A model generated the notes under the pieces. The model was not told where the DNA came from and ran no database searches. It saw only the letters and a program-made list of their open reading frames with translations. Position numbers and translations under genes: made by a program. A stretch of DNA of 64,000 bases, taken from assembly GCA_050247235.1 (NCBI GenBank), contig JBFWUN010000012.1, positions 16,514-80,513 of the forward strand, given 5' to 3'. The DNA is from Gammaproteobacteria bacterium (GTDB lineage Bacteria > Pseudomonadota > Gammaproteobacteria > Ga0077536). Below, piece after piece: positions 46,898 to 56,505 of the stretch (position 1 is the first letter of the stretch; the number at the start of each line of letters is the position of its first letter).

Positions 46898-47347
46898 GTG
46901 CGGCCTGTCGCGCGCATCCATCGGCGCCTGCCGGACTGCGCGCTGCCGGTGTTCACGATGCACGCGCATCCGACCTACGCGACGCAGGCATTCGAGGCCG
47001 GTGCGCGAGGGTACGTGACAAAGGCGAGCCCGGCGGACGAACTCATCGCGGCGATCCGTGCCGTCGCGCGCGGCGCACGCTTCCTGAGCGACGACATCGC
47101 CCAGGCGCTCGCGATCGAGCGCCTGGATCATGCCCGGTCCTGTCTCGATGCATTGTCGCCGCGCGAATTCGAGGTACTGCGGCTGCTCGTGCAGGCGCAC
47201 CCGGTTGCCGCGATCGCGGAGTCGCTGCACCTCAGTCCCAAGACGGTCATGAACCTGCACTACGCGATCAAGCGCAAGCTCGAGGTGGACACCGACATCG
47301 AACTGACCCGCCTCGCGGCGCGCCTCGGCCTGATCGACGACGCCTGA
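46898..47347 (+). pseudogene. N-terminally truncated NarL/LuxR-family response regulator
   Basis: Keeps FTMH...AGARGYVTKAS and a complete LuxR HTH (LSPREFEVLRLL...LHLSPKTV) but lacks the first half of REC, including the phospho-Asp. Confidence 0.55.
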
Positions 47348-47474
47348 GCTGGCGACCGCCCGGCGCCCCTCCGCGTGATCGGCCGAACGTGATGGACAGC
47401 CCACGGGACCGCCACTACAGTCGCAGGCCCACACGGATCCCTCGTGTACCACGGAGCGAACCGGAGACTGGCGC

Positions 47475-47882
47475 ATGGACAGACGACTACCGAACTGGGC
47501 AATCCCGTTGCTGCTGTGTGCGGGATGCGCCGCCCACAAGCCGATTCTCTATTCGAGCGCCGGCAACCAGGCGGGCGCCGACGCCGCCATCGCCGAGTGT
47601 CACAACCTGGCCGTGGCGGCAGGTGCGCAACCGACGGGCGGCCAGGTCGGGCAGGCCGCGCGTGACACCACCAAGGGCGCTGCGCTCGGCGCGGCGACCG
47701 GGGCCGTCGGCGGGGCCATCGCCGGCAACGCGGGCAGCGGCGCCGGCATCGGCGCGGCGACCGGTGCGACCGCCGCGCTGATCCATTCGCTGTTCACCCC
47801 TGCGGCGCCGAACCCGGCGTACCGCGCGTTCGTGGAACGCTGCCTGCGCGATCGCGGATTCGACCCCGTCGGGTGGCAGTGA
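47475..47882 (+). CDS. Glycine-zipper lipoprotein
   Basis: Lipobox CAG-C and GAALGAATGAVGGAIAGNAGSGAGIGAATGA glycine zipper. Confidence 0.82.
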   Translation: MDRRLPNWAIPLLLCAGCAAHKPILYSSAGNQAGADAAIAECHNLAVAAGAQPTGGQVGQAARDTTKGAALGAATGAVGGAIAGNAGSGAGIGAATGATAALIHSLFTPAAPNPAYRAFVERCLRDRGFDPVGWQ

Positions 47883-47903
47883 ACGGGGTGTGGCCCGGCC
47901 CCG

Positions 47904-49328
47904 CTATTCGGGGCGCCGAAGCGCCGGCCGCGGCAGCGGACGCCCGGCTTCGAACGCGCGCGCCGCGCGCAGCACGGCGGCGTCGCCGAACATCGGTCCC
48001 ACGATCTGCAGTCCGATCGGCAGGCCGTCCCGGGTCAGTCCGCAGGGGATCGTGCACGCCGGCTGCTGCGACAGATTGAACGGGTAGCTGAACGGGGTCC
48101 AGCCGAGCATCGTCTCCGGGGTCATGGCGCATTCACCCGGCGCGCGCAGCGGGAATGCCGGTACCGCCACCGCCGGTGTCACGAGCAGGTCGAACCCCTG
48201 CATGAACTGGCGGAGATGCGCCCCCAGCGCGCCACGGCGCAGGTTGAGACGCTGGACGTCGAGCGCGCTCAGCCGCGCGCCCAGTTCCGCCTGGGCGCGC
48301 AAGTCCGGATCGGTCAGCGCCTGCTGGTCCGGCGTCAACGTGTTCCACACGGTCCACGCACCCAGGAACCACAGGCCGGTGGTGATCTCGACGGGATCAT
48401 CGAAACCCGGATCACACGCCTCGACGCGTGCGCCAAGCGCCTCGAACTCGCGCACGGCCGCGGCGCACGCGGCGGCGATCTCCGGATGCACGTTCGCGTA
48501 ACCGAGCGTGGCCGACCACGCGATGCGCAGACCGCGCACGCCGTCCTCGAGCCCGATGGTGTAATCGGTCGGATCCGGCGGCAGCGCTGTCCAGTCGCGC
48601 GCGTCGGGCTGTTTCAGCACGTTCATCGCGAGGGCCGCGTCGCGCACGCTCATCGTGTGCGGGCCGAGATGCGCGACCGTACCGAACGGCGACAGCGGAT
48701 ACGCCGGCACCCGTCCGAAGCTCGGCTTCAGGCCGAAGTTGCCGCAGAACGCCGCCGGGATCCGCACACTGCCGGCGCCATCCGTGCCGATGCCGATGGG
48801 CCCCATGCCGGCGGCCACGGCCACGGCGGCGCCGCCGGACGATCCGCCCGGAGTACGCGATGGATCCCATGGATTGCGCGTGAGGCCCGTCAGCGGCGAA
48901 TTCGTCTCGCCTTTGCAGCCGAACTCCGGCGTGGTGGTCTTGCCGAGCAGCACGGCACCGGCCTCGCGCAGCCGCGCGGTGGCCGGGGCATCCACGTCCC
49001 ACGGCTGCACCGGATCGACCGTGCGGCTGCCGCGCAACGTGGGCCACCCGCGCGTCAGCACGAGGTCCTTGATCGAGACCGGCACGCCGTCCAGCGCGCC
49101 GCACGGCGCGCCCGCACGCCAGCGGGCTTCACTCGCCGCCGCAGCGGCCCGCGCGTCGTCCGCGGCGAGATGGCAGAACGCGTTGAGGTGCGGGTTCCAG
49201 CTCTCGATCCGCGCCAGCACCGCGTGCAAGGTCTCCACCGGGGACGCGAGGCCGCGCCGGTAGAGCGCGCGCAGCACGTGGGCCGGGCAGTCGGCGAGAT
49301 CGGTGGCGGCGTGCGGCGAGGCGGTCAT
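47904..49328 (-). CDS. Amidase-signature family amidase
   Basis: LDGVPVSIKD (Lys), TPGGSSGG and GTDGAGSVRIPA (Ser-cisSer), GLPIGLQIVG. Confidence 0.93.
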   Translation of the reverse strand: MTASPHAATDLADCPAHVLRALYRRGLASPVETLHAVLARIESWNPHLNAFCHLAADDARAAAAASEARWRAGAPCGALDGVPVSIKDLVLTRGWPTLRGSRTVDPVQPWDVDAPATARLREAGAVLLGKTTTPEFGCKGETNSPLTGLTRNPWDPSRTPGGSSGGAAVAVAAGMGPIGIGTDGAGSVRIPAAFCGNFGLKPSFGRVPAYPLSPFGTVAHLGPHTMSVRDAALAMNVLKQPDARDWTALPPDPTDYTIGLEDGVRGLRIAWSATLGYANVHPEIAAACAAAVREFEALGARVEACDPGFDDPVEITTGLWFLGAWTVWNTLTPDQQALTDPDLRAQAELGARLSALDVQRLNLRRGALGAHLRQFMQGFDLLVTPAVAVPAFPLRAPGECAMTPETMLGWTPFSYPFNLSQQPACTIPCGLTRDGLPIGLQIVGPMFGDAAVLRAARAFEAGRPLPRPALRRPE

Positions 49329-49459
49329 GGCGCGGGCTCCCCCGGGTTGCGGCGTGTCCGCCTGCATTCTCGATGGACCCCCGGATCAAGGGAAGCGCCC
49401 GGTACCTGTGCATGCCGGCAATGCCTACAATCGACGCCATCCCGCACAGGAGAGATTCG

Positions 49460-50875
49460 ATGGGCCTGATGACCGCCGCGCAGTACCGCGCCTCGCTGAA
49501 CGACGGAAGAGTGATCTACTGGGGGGGCGAGAAGATCGCCGACATCACCGCCCATCCGCGCTTCCGGGTGCCGCTGGACGTTGCGTGCCGCGACTACGCG
49601 TACGACGAAGCCGACGCCCGCGACATCCTCACCTATGAAACCGACAACGGCGAACGCGCGCACCGCGTGTTCCAGGTGCCGCGCACCCCCGAGGACCTGA
49701 AGCTCCGGCTCGAGCTCGGCCGCCGCATGAGCATCGTCGGCGGGGTCACCGGCGTGTACATGGCGCTGCTGCAGATCCGGGACCAGGTGGCGGCCGTCAA
49801 CCCGCTCTACGCTGCCAACATCGAACGCCTGTATACGCACGCCCGGGCGCAGGACCTGCGCGCTGCCGAAGTGATCACCGACGCCAAGGGCGACCGGGCG
49901 AAGAAGGCGCACGAGCAGATCGATCCGGATCTGTACGTGCGGATCGTCGAACGCCGGCCGGACGGCATCGTCGTGCGCGGCGCCAAGTTCCACATCACGG
50001 GCGCCGCGCTGGTGCACGAACTCGTGGTGATGCCCACCAAGTCGATGCGCCGTGAGGAAGCCGATTACGCGGTGGCGTTCTGCATTCCGGTGAACGCCCC
50101 TGGTGTGAAGATCATCAACCGCAGCTTCGCGCCGGCCGAGCTGAACGAATTCGACTACCCGGCGAGTGCGCATCACAGCATGCCGGAAGGCATGGTGGTG
50201 TTCGACGACGTGTTCGTGCCATGGGACCGCGTACTGCTCGCAGGCGAACACCAGCTTGCCGGCAGCTTCGCCGCCGCGCTCGGGCTGTGGGAACGCACGC
50301 TCGGGCTCGTGATGGCGGCGCGCGAAGCGGAGATCATGGTGGGGCTGGCGGACCTGGTGACGGAACAGCAGGGCAAGGAGCGCGACCCCCACGTGCAGGA
50401 CACGATCGCCGAGATGATCTGCTACGCAGAGACGATTCGCATGGGCCTGGACTACGCGGTCCGCAACTACGAAGCGACGCCGAGCGGCATGCTTCATCCG
50501 AGCACGCTCGGTATCAATGTCACCAAGTACTTCTACGCATCCAATTTCCACCGGATGGTCGGTCACCTGCACGACGTGGCGGGCGGCCTCACGATCACGC
50601 TGCCGGAGGAAGCCGATCTGCGCCACCCGGAAGCCGGCGCGTACATCCGCAAGTACCTCGCCGCCAAGCCGGATACCGACGTGGAGCAGCGCATGCGCGT
50701 GTTCACGCTGATTCGCGATCTCACGGCGGACGCGTTCGGCGGCTGGAACCTCGTGACCGCACTGCAGGCCGGCGGCGGTCTCAAGGCCCAGCGCATCATG
50801 ATGGCCCGCACCTACGACATGGCGCGCGCGCGGCGCACCGCGCTCATCGCCGCCGGCGCATTGCCGCGACACTGA
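49460..50875 (+). CDS. HpaB/PvcC/4-hydroxybutyryl-CoA dehydratase fold flavoprotein (function uncertain)
   Basis: MTAAQYRASLNDGR, ITDAKGDR, DPDLYVRIVERRPDGIVVRGAKFHITG, VFDDVFVPWDRV, DVAGGL; AGGAG RBS. Confidence 0.85.
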   Translation: MGLMTAAQYRASLNDGRVIYWGGEKIADITAHPRFRVPLDVACRDYAYDEADARDILTYETDNGERAHRVFQVPRTPEDLKLRLELGRRMSIVGGVTGVYMALLQIRDQVAAVNPLYAANIERLYTHARAQDLRAAEVITDAKGDRAKKAHEQIDPDLYVRIVERRPDGIVVRGAKFHITGAALVHELVVMPTKSMRREEADYAVAFCIPVNAPGVKIINRSFAPAELNEFDYPASAHHSMPEGMVVFDDVFVPWDRVLLAGEHQLAGSFAAALGLWERTLGLVMAAREAEIMVGLADLVTEQQGKERDPHVQDTIAEMICYAETIRMGLDYAVRNYEATPSGMLHPSTLGINVTKYFYASNFHRMVGHLHDVAGGLTITLPEEADLRHPEAGAYIRKYLAAKPDTDVEQRMRVFTLIRDLTADAFGGWNLVTALQAGGGLKAQRIMMARTYDMARARRTALIAAGALPRH

Positions 50876-50876
50876 C

Positions 50877-52049
50877 ATGCCGACGTACTTCGCCGACGAA
50901 CCCGAGCACCTGGTGATGCTGCGCGAGCTGCTCGCGCGGTTCATCGCGGAGAAGATGCCGCGCGACAAGGTGCGGGCGTGGGATCGCGCGCATCACTTCC
51001 CGGTGGACGTGTTCGCGGCGTTCGCCGAGCTCGGCACCTTGGGGCTGACATTCGGCGAGGAATACGGCGGGACGGGCCGCGACGTCGTGGCCGCCATCAT
51101 GGTGGTGGATCTCCTGTGCACACGGGGCATGGCGGTGTCCGGTCCGTTCATCCATTCCACGATGTACGCCGGGCTCAACATCACGGAGTCCGGTTCCGAG
51201 GCGCAGCGTCGCGAGATCCTGCCGAAAGTGGCCGCCGGCGAGATGCTGTTCGCGTACGGGCTCTCCGAGCCGGACGTGGGCGGTGATCTTGCGAGCGTGA
51301 CCACGCGCGCGGAGCGTGTCGGCGATAGGGTGCGCATCAGCGGCGCCAAGCGCTGGTGCACGATGGCGCGCGACGCGAATTACATTTATTGCCTGGTGCG
51401 CTCCGACCGCGCCGCGCCGCGTTACCAGAACCTGAGCCTCGTGCTGGTGCCGTCGTCCACCCCGGGCATCACGATCACCGACATCGATCACATCGGACTG
51501 CGCTATACGCGGACCTGCGACGTGGTGTTCGAGGACGTCGAAGTGCCGGTGGAGAACATCGTCGGCGGGCCGGACCACTGGAACCGCGGGTGGGAGAAGC
51601 TCGTCGGGCCTGCGCTCGACGTGGAGCGCCTGGCGGTCGCCGCGATGGGCATGGGGATCATGCGCGGCGCAGTGGAGGATGCGTGGGCGTACGCGGGCGA
51701 GCGTCGCCAGTTCGGCAGGCTCATCGCGGATCACCAGGCCGTGCGCCACGCGCTCGTCGATGCGCGCACGCGACTCGTCGCCTGTGAACACATGCTTTAC
51801 CACGCCGCATGGCTCGCGCAGCAGGGACGCCCCTGCGCGGTGGAGAGCTCGATGGCGAAGCTCTATATCTGCGACACGGCGGTGGACGTGGTGATCAGGA
51901 TGCAGCAGGTGCTCGGCGCCTACGGCTGCGCGGAGGAATACGACCTGGAACGCCACGTGCGTGACGTGACCTGTGTGCCGATCGTCGGGGGATCGTCCAA
52001 CATGCAGCGGAACAACATCGCGAACCGGCTGCGGCTGGGGCAGCGCTGA
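50877..52049 (+). CDS. Acyl-CoA dehydrogenase family protein
   Basis: EEYGG, YGLSEPDVGGD, ISGAKRWCT, ERRQFGRLIADHQAV, SSMAK, QVLGAYG. Confidence 0.93.
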   Translation: MPTYFADEPEHLVMLRELLARFIAEKMPRDKVRAWDRAHHFPVDVFAAFAELGTLGLTFGEEYGGTGRDVVAAIMVVDLLCTRGMAVSGPFIHSTMYAGLNITESGSEAQRREILPKVAAGEMLFAYGLSEPDVGGDLASVTTRAERVGDRVRISGAKRWCTMARDANYIYCLVRSDRAAPRYQNLSLVLVPSSTPGITITDIDHIGLRYTRTCDVVFEDVEVPVENIVGGPDHWNRGWEKLVGPALDVERLAVAAMGMGIMRGAVEDAWAYAGERRQFGRLIADHQAVRHALVDARTRLVACEHMLYHAAWLAQQGRPCAVESSMAKLYICDTAVDVVIRMQQVLGAYGCAEEYDLERHVRDVTCVPIVGGSSNMQRNNIANRLRLGQR

Positions 52050-52187
52050 AGAGCGGCGCAGATTCCTGGAAATGCGAAGTGCCTCGCTTGAAGAGACATC
52101 TCGACCGGAGATGTTAGGATTCCGGCCCAGGCGCCGGAGCTCACGCGGTGGACTCGGAAATGACCCTAGGTCCTCCCGCCTCGATCG

Positions 52188-53099
52188 TTACGTCACCGAA
52201 CGGATGACATACCCCAGGTGCGGAAAGTGCACATGCACCACGCCGGCCCGCGGATCCGCGCTGCGGAGCACGATGCGGTCCACACTCCCACCGACGATCT
52301 CGCCCGTCACGGGCGAAGACGTGCGTTCTTCCGGAAACACTTCGACGCGGGCGCCGCTGGCGAACCCGGACACCTTGGACCGGGTGGGCGCCGGCGTCGA
52401 ACGCCGCGCGATCTCCAGTGCCTCGGCAGGCGTGATCTCCCGTCGTGTGCCTTGGCCCAGTGCCGTCATCCTTGCCATCCAATCGAGCACGCGCGGATCT
52501 GGTGCGAACGTCGTCAACAGCCGGTTCGGGAAGCGATCGAGGAACCACAGCGCGTGATGGATCGCAAGATCGGCGAGCCCCGGTGACTCGCCGGTGACGA
52601 ATGGCTGGCCGTGTGCCAGCAGGTCCGCGACCCACCGGATCTGAATCCGTACACCTGCGTGCGCATCGACACCGGCACGGCGAACCTGTTCGAGCGTCGG
52701 CGGCGGGCGTCCGCGCATCGCGGCGCGGTCGGCGTGGAAGGTTGCCGGGAAGTGCTCCGCGTTCGCGCCGACCACGGCGCGTGCGCACGGCCAGAACAGG
52801 CTCGACTCGGCCCAGGTCTCCAGCGCGCGATGCAGACCCTCGCCGCCGGGGAACAGTGTCGGCAACGGGTTCCGGTGTTCGAGTTCGCTGACGATGAGCC
52901 GCGTATCGCAGTAGATATCCGCGCCGATCTGCAGCGCCGGCACGCGCCGGTAGCCGCCGGTCAGCGCGGTGTAGTCGGGCTTCGGCAGCACGTCCGGCAC
53001 GATCACGGACCGCCAGGTGAGGCCCTTCAGTCCGAGCGCGAGCCGGATCTTCTCCGCGAACGGCGAGATCTCGTAATGATGCAGGATGAGCTCCGCCAT
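52188..53099 (-). CDS. Glutathione S-transferase family protein
   Basis: LHHYEISPFAEKIRLALG, GGYRRVPALQIG..IYCDTRLI, PGLADL, HVHFPHLGY tail. Confidence 0.88.
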   Translation of the reverse strand: MAELILHHYEISPFAEKIRLALGLKGLTWRSVIVPDVLPKPDYTALTGGYRRVPALQIGADIYCDTRLIVSELEHRNPLPTLFPGGEGLHRALETWAESSLFWPCARAVVGANAEHFPATFHADRAAMRGRPPPTLEQVRRAGVDAHAGVRIQIRWVADLLAHGQPFVTGESPGLADLAIHHALWFLDRFPNRLLTTFAPDPRVLDWMARMTALGQGTRREITPAEALEIARRSTPAPTRSKVSGFASGARVEVFPEERTSSPVTGEIVGGSVDRIVLRSADPRAGVVHVHFPHLGYVIRSVT

Positions 53100-53127
53100 G
53101 CCCGCGGCGGGTCGTCGCGCCGTCCGC

Positions 53128-54177
53128 TCAGGGGCGCGCCGCGTAGAAGAGATTCGTCGGACTCCTGATCGGCAGATCGTCCACCCGCGTGAAGCCGGCT
53201 TCCGCCAGCAGTGCGCGCGTGCGCGCCGGTCCCATGCACGCTCCGAGCCCCGCACCGTGATGGGCAAGCGACTGTGTCAGGCAATGAAACGTGCTGAAGC
53301 CGTAGAACATCGCGGCCAGCGGGTTCACGTTCTCTTCCAGGTGATCGGAGATCCGCGGCTCGATCACGAACAGCACACCGTCGTCCGTCAGCCGCGCGCG
53401 GATGTCCCGCAGTACTGCGACCGGTGCCGGCAGGTCGTGCAGCACGTCGCACAACAGGACGAGATCGAACCCGGGACGCGCGGGGATAGTGTCCAGCGTG
53501 GCCTGCACGAGCTGCGGCGGGTGCGGGAGATCGGCGACCGCGGCCGTCGCTTCGGCGATCGACGCCGGATCCGGATCCACGCCAAGGACATCGGCGCGTG
53601 GAAACTCCCGTGCCAGCACGCGTACCACGTGGCCGCGCCCGCAGCCGACGTCGAGCGCCCGCCCGCCGGCTTGGAGCCGCGCCACCGTCTCCGGCAGCTG
53701 CGCCAGCCAGTAGCCGACGAGCCGGTGCTCGTAGTTGCCCCGGTTCATCTGGTCGATCGCGTCACGGCACTCGGGCGCGAAATCACTGAACGGCACCCCG
53801 CCGCCGTGGCGGAACGCATCGATGATGCGTGGCGCCACCGCGAGCAGCGGCGGCACCATGCCGAACATGCCGCCCATGTAGTGATCCGTGGACGCGGAGG
53901 CCAGCAGGTACGCGTGCTCCGGTGGCAGCTCGAACGTATGCGCCGCCGGGTCGTACCGCAGGTACCCGGCGGCGACCATGCCGTGCAGCCATTCGTCCAC
54001 GTAGCGCGCCTGGAGCCCGCTCGCCGCGACGACTTCCGCGGCGGTGAGCGCGCCCTTGCCTGCCATCGCCTCGAACAATCCCGTCTGCACCCCGATATGC
54101 GCGAGCCCCACCGCCATGCTGCCCGCCATGTCCCGGAACACGCGGTCCGCCATCGTCTTCATCCGTTCCTTGTCCAT
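53128..54177 (-). CDS. Class I SAM-dependent methyltransferase with N-terminal winged helix (Rv2258c-like)
   Basis: GVQTGLFEAM...RYVDEWL winged helix; ALDVGCGRG motif I; FYGFSTFHCLTQSLA. Confidence 0.88.
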   Translation of the reverse strand: MDKERMKTMADRVFRDMAGSMAVGLAHIGVQTGLFEAMAGKGALTAAEVVAASGLQARYVDEWLHGMVAAGYLRYDPAAHTFELPPEHAYLLASASTDHYMGGMFGMVPPLLAVAPRIIDAFRHGGGVPFSDFAPECRDAIDQMNRGNYEHRLVGYWLAQLPETVARLQAGGRALDVGCGRGHVVRVLAREFPRADVLGVDPDPASIAEATAAVADLPHPPQLVQATLDTIPARPGFDLVLLCDVLHDLPAPVAVLRDIRARLTDDGVLFVIEPRISDHLEENVNPLAAMFYGFSTFHCLTQSLAHHGAGLGACMGPARTRALLAEAGFTRVDDLPIRSPTNLFYAARP

Positions 54178-54318
54178 GTCGGCGCGCTCCGAGGGATTGG
54201 ATTGGTCGCCGGAGTCTACCCGAAACCTCCCGGCAGCCGGCCACTGGCGCGGCGCGCCCGTTGCCATTAGCCTCGACGTCCATGCTGCCGCGTTCCCGCC
54301 CTCCCGTCTGAGCTCCCG

Positions 54319-55590
54319 ATGAAGGACACGCCGCGCCTGTTCCATGGCTGGACCATCGTGGCGGCCGCATTCACGGTGCTGTTCCTCGCCTACGGCCTGC
54401 AGTTCAGCTACGGCGTGTTCATTGCCGGCATGGCGGGCGATCTGGGCTGGACCCGCGCGGAGACCGCGCTGCCGTATTCAATCTATGTTTTTCTCTACAG
54501 CGTGCTGTCGGCGGTGACGGGCCAGGCGACGGATCGCTTCGGGCCGCGCGTGGTGATCTCGGTGGGCGCGGTGCTGCTCGGGCTCGGCTGGGGCATGAGT
54601 GCGCTGGTGCAGCAGCCGTGGCAGCTCAACGTCACGCTGGGGCTCGTCGCGGCGTTCGGCATGAGCGTCGCGTGGGTGCCGTGCAATGCCACCGTCGCCC
54701 GCTGGTTCACGCGACGACGCGGGACGGCGGTCTCCATCGCATCCACCGGCGCGAGCCTCGGCAACTTCATCGTGCCGGCGGTCGTTGCGGTGTTCGTGCA
54801 GGCCTACGGCTGGCGCGCGACACTCGCGGCGTTCGCCGTGGGCAGCGCGCTCGCGATTCTCGCCGTCGCGCGCTTCATGGTGCGCGACCCGGAATCGATG
54901 GGGCTGTGGCCGGACGGCGACGCGACGCCACCGCCCGCGGCTACCTTGACCGGCGGCTACCGCGTGCGCGAGCTGTGGGGGCACGAAGCATTCCTGTTCA
55001 TCAACGCGATCTACTTCCTGACGTGGCTGGTGGTGTTCGTGCCGTTCGTGCATGCGCCGGCGTACGCGCGGGATCTCGGGTTGAGCGCGCTGGAAGGCGC
55101 GTCGATCCTGAGCGCCATCGGCATCGGCGGGGTGGTGGGTCGACTGTCTTCCGGCACGGTGTCCGATCGCTGCGGGCGTTTCCCGACCCTGCTCGTGATG
55201 TGCGGACTGCAGGCGCTCGGCTTCGGCCTGTTCGCACTCGCCGAGGACGTGGCCGCGTTGTGGTTCGCGGCGATCGTGTTCGGCGTGTCCTACGGCGGCG
55301 GCGTCGCACTGCTGCCGCCGCTGTGCGGAGATCTCTTCGGCCGCGCGCACGTGGCGAGTGTCGTGGGTACCATTTTTGCGCTCGCCGGCTCGCCCGCCGC
55401 GGTGGGGCCATACCTCGCCGGCTGGCTCTACGACACCACCGGCGGCTACACCAGTGCCTTCGCGGTGTCCGCCGGGCTGAACGTGGCCGCGCTGGCACTG
55501 ACCGCGGTATTCGCGATACGCCAGCGTGCGGCGCATCGCGTCTCGCCGGGTCATCCGTCTTCCCCCGTCTCCACAGGAGGTCCCCGATGA
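54319..55590 (+). CDS. MFS transporter (OFA/monocarboxylate-like)
   Basis: 12 TM pattern, GQATDRFGPR and GTVSDRCGR loop motifs, WFTRRRGTA. Confidence 0.9.
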   Translation: MKDTPRLFHGWTIVAAAFTVLFLAYGLQFSYGVFIAGMAGDLGWTRAETALPYSIYVFLYSVLSAVTGQATDRFGPRVVISVGAVLLGLGWGMSALVQQPWQLNVTLGLVAAFGMSVAWVPCNATVARWFTRRRGTAVSIASTGASLGNFIVPAVVAVFVQAYGWRATLAAFAVGSALAILAVARFMVRDPESMGLWPDGDATPPPAATLTGGYRVRELWGHEAFLFINAIYFLTWLVVFVPFVHAPAYARDLGLSALEGASILSAIGIGGVVGRLSSGTVSDRCGRFPTLLVMCGLQALGFGLFALAEDVAALWFAAIVFGVSYGGGVALLPPLCGDLFGRAHVASVVGTIFALAGSPAAVGPYLAGWLYDTTGGYTSAFAVSAGLNVAALALTAVFAIRQRAAHRVSPGHPSSPVSTGGPR

Positions 55591-56366
55591 AACTTCCCTC
55601 CCGCATCGTCGACATCTCGCAGCCTCTCGACAACGACACGGTGGTGGATCCGCCGTTCATGCGGCCGTCCATCCGCTACGTCACCGGCAAGGAGAGCGCC
55701 ACGCTGATGTGCGAGCTCTTTCCGGGGTTGCGACCGGAAGATCTGCCGGGCGGCGAGGGGTGGGCGATCGAGCACATCTCCCTCACCACCCACAACGGCA
55801 CGCACATGGATGCGCCGTACCATTACAACTCGAAGGATGCGCGCGGCAACCCGATGCCGACGATCGACCAGATGCCGCTGGACTGGTACTTCCGGCCCGG
55901 TGTGAAGCTCGATTTCCGGCATTTCGACGATGGCTACGTGGTCACCGCGGCCGATGTCCAGGCCGAGCTCGCGCGCATCGGGGTGACCCTGCAGCCGCTC
56001 GACATCGTGCTCGTGAACACGCGCGCCGGCGAGATGTACGGCACGGATCGCTACATCCACTCCGGCTGCGGCGTCGGGCGTGAAGCCACGCGCTGGCTGA
56101 CCGACCAGGGCGTGCGCGTCACGGGCATCGACGGCTGGAGCTGGGACGCGCCGTTCTCGAAGACGCTCGAACGCTGGCTGGCGACGAAGGATCCCTCGAT
56201 CATCTGGGAAGGGCACTACGCGGGTATCGACTGCCCGTACTCGCACATGGAAAAGCTGCGGCATCTCGAACAGCTGCCGTCGCACGGCTTCGTCGTGGCG
56301 TGCTTCCCGTGCAAGATCAAGGGCGCGTCCGGCGGCTGGACGCGCGCAGTGGCGATGTTCGACTGA
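55587..56366 (+). CDS. Cyclase family metal hydrolase (KynB-like)
   Basis: HNGTHMDAPYH (HxGTHxDxPxH), GIDGWSWD, HMEKL, GGWTRAVA; AGGAGG RBS; ATGA overlap with the MFS gene. Confidence 0.9.
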   Translation: MKLPSRIVDISQPLDNDTVVDPPFMRPSIRYVTGKESATLMCELFPGLRPEDLPGGEGWAIEHISLTTHNGTHMDAPYHYNSKDARGNPMPTIDQMPLDWYFRPGVKLDFRHFDDGYVVTAADVQAELARIGVTLQPLDIVLVNTRAGEMYGTDRYIHSGCGVGREATRWLTDQGVRVTGIDGWSWDAPFSKTLERWLATKDPSIIWEGHYAGIDCPYSHMEKLRHLEQLPSHGFVVACFPCKIKGASGGWTRAVAMFD

Positions 56367-56369
56367 AAG

Positions 56370-56454
56370 GAAACCGGGGACAGACCCCGTTTTTCACTTC
56401 TGCTCAGAAAGCGAATCGGGAGACTGCAGAAAAACGGGGTCTGACCCCGGTTTC
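56370..56454. repeat. REPIN/MITE-like element: 26-bp inverted repeat whose arms are each palindromic
   Basis: GAAACCGGGGACAGACCCCGTTTTTC (56370-56395) and GAAAAACGGGGTCTGACCCCGGTTTC (56429-56454): one mismatch, 33-nt spacer. Confidence 0.8.
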
Positions 56455-56505
56455 TCCCGGTCCGCAGTCGAACGCGGTCGGAGACGCCGGATTCGGGGCC
56501 GCCGT

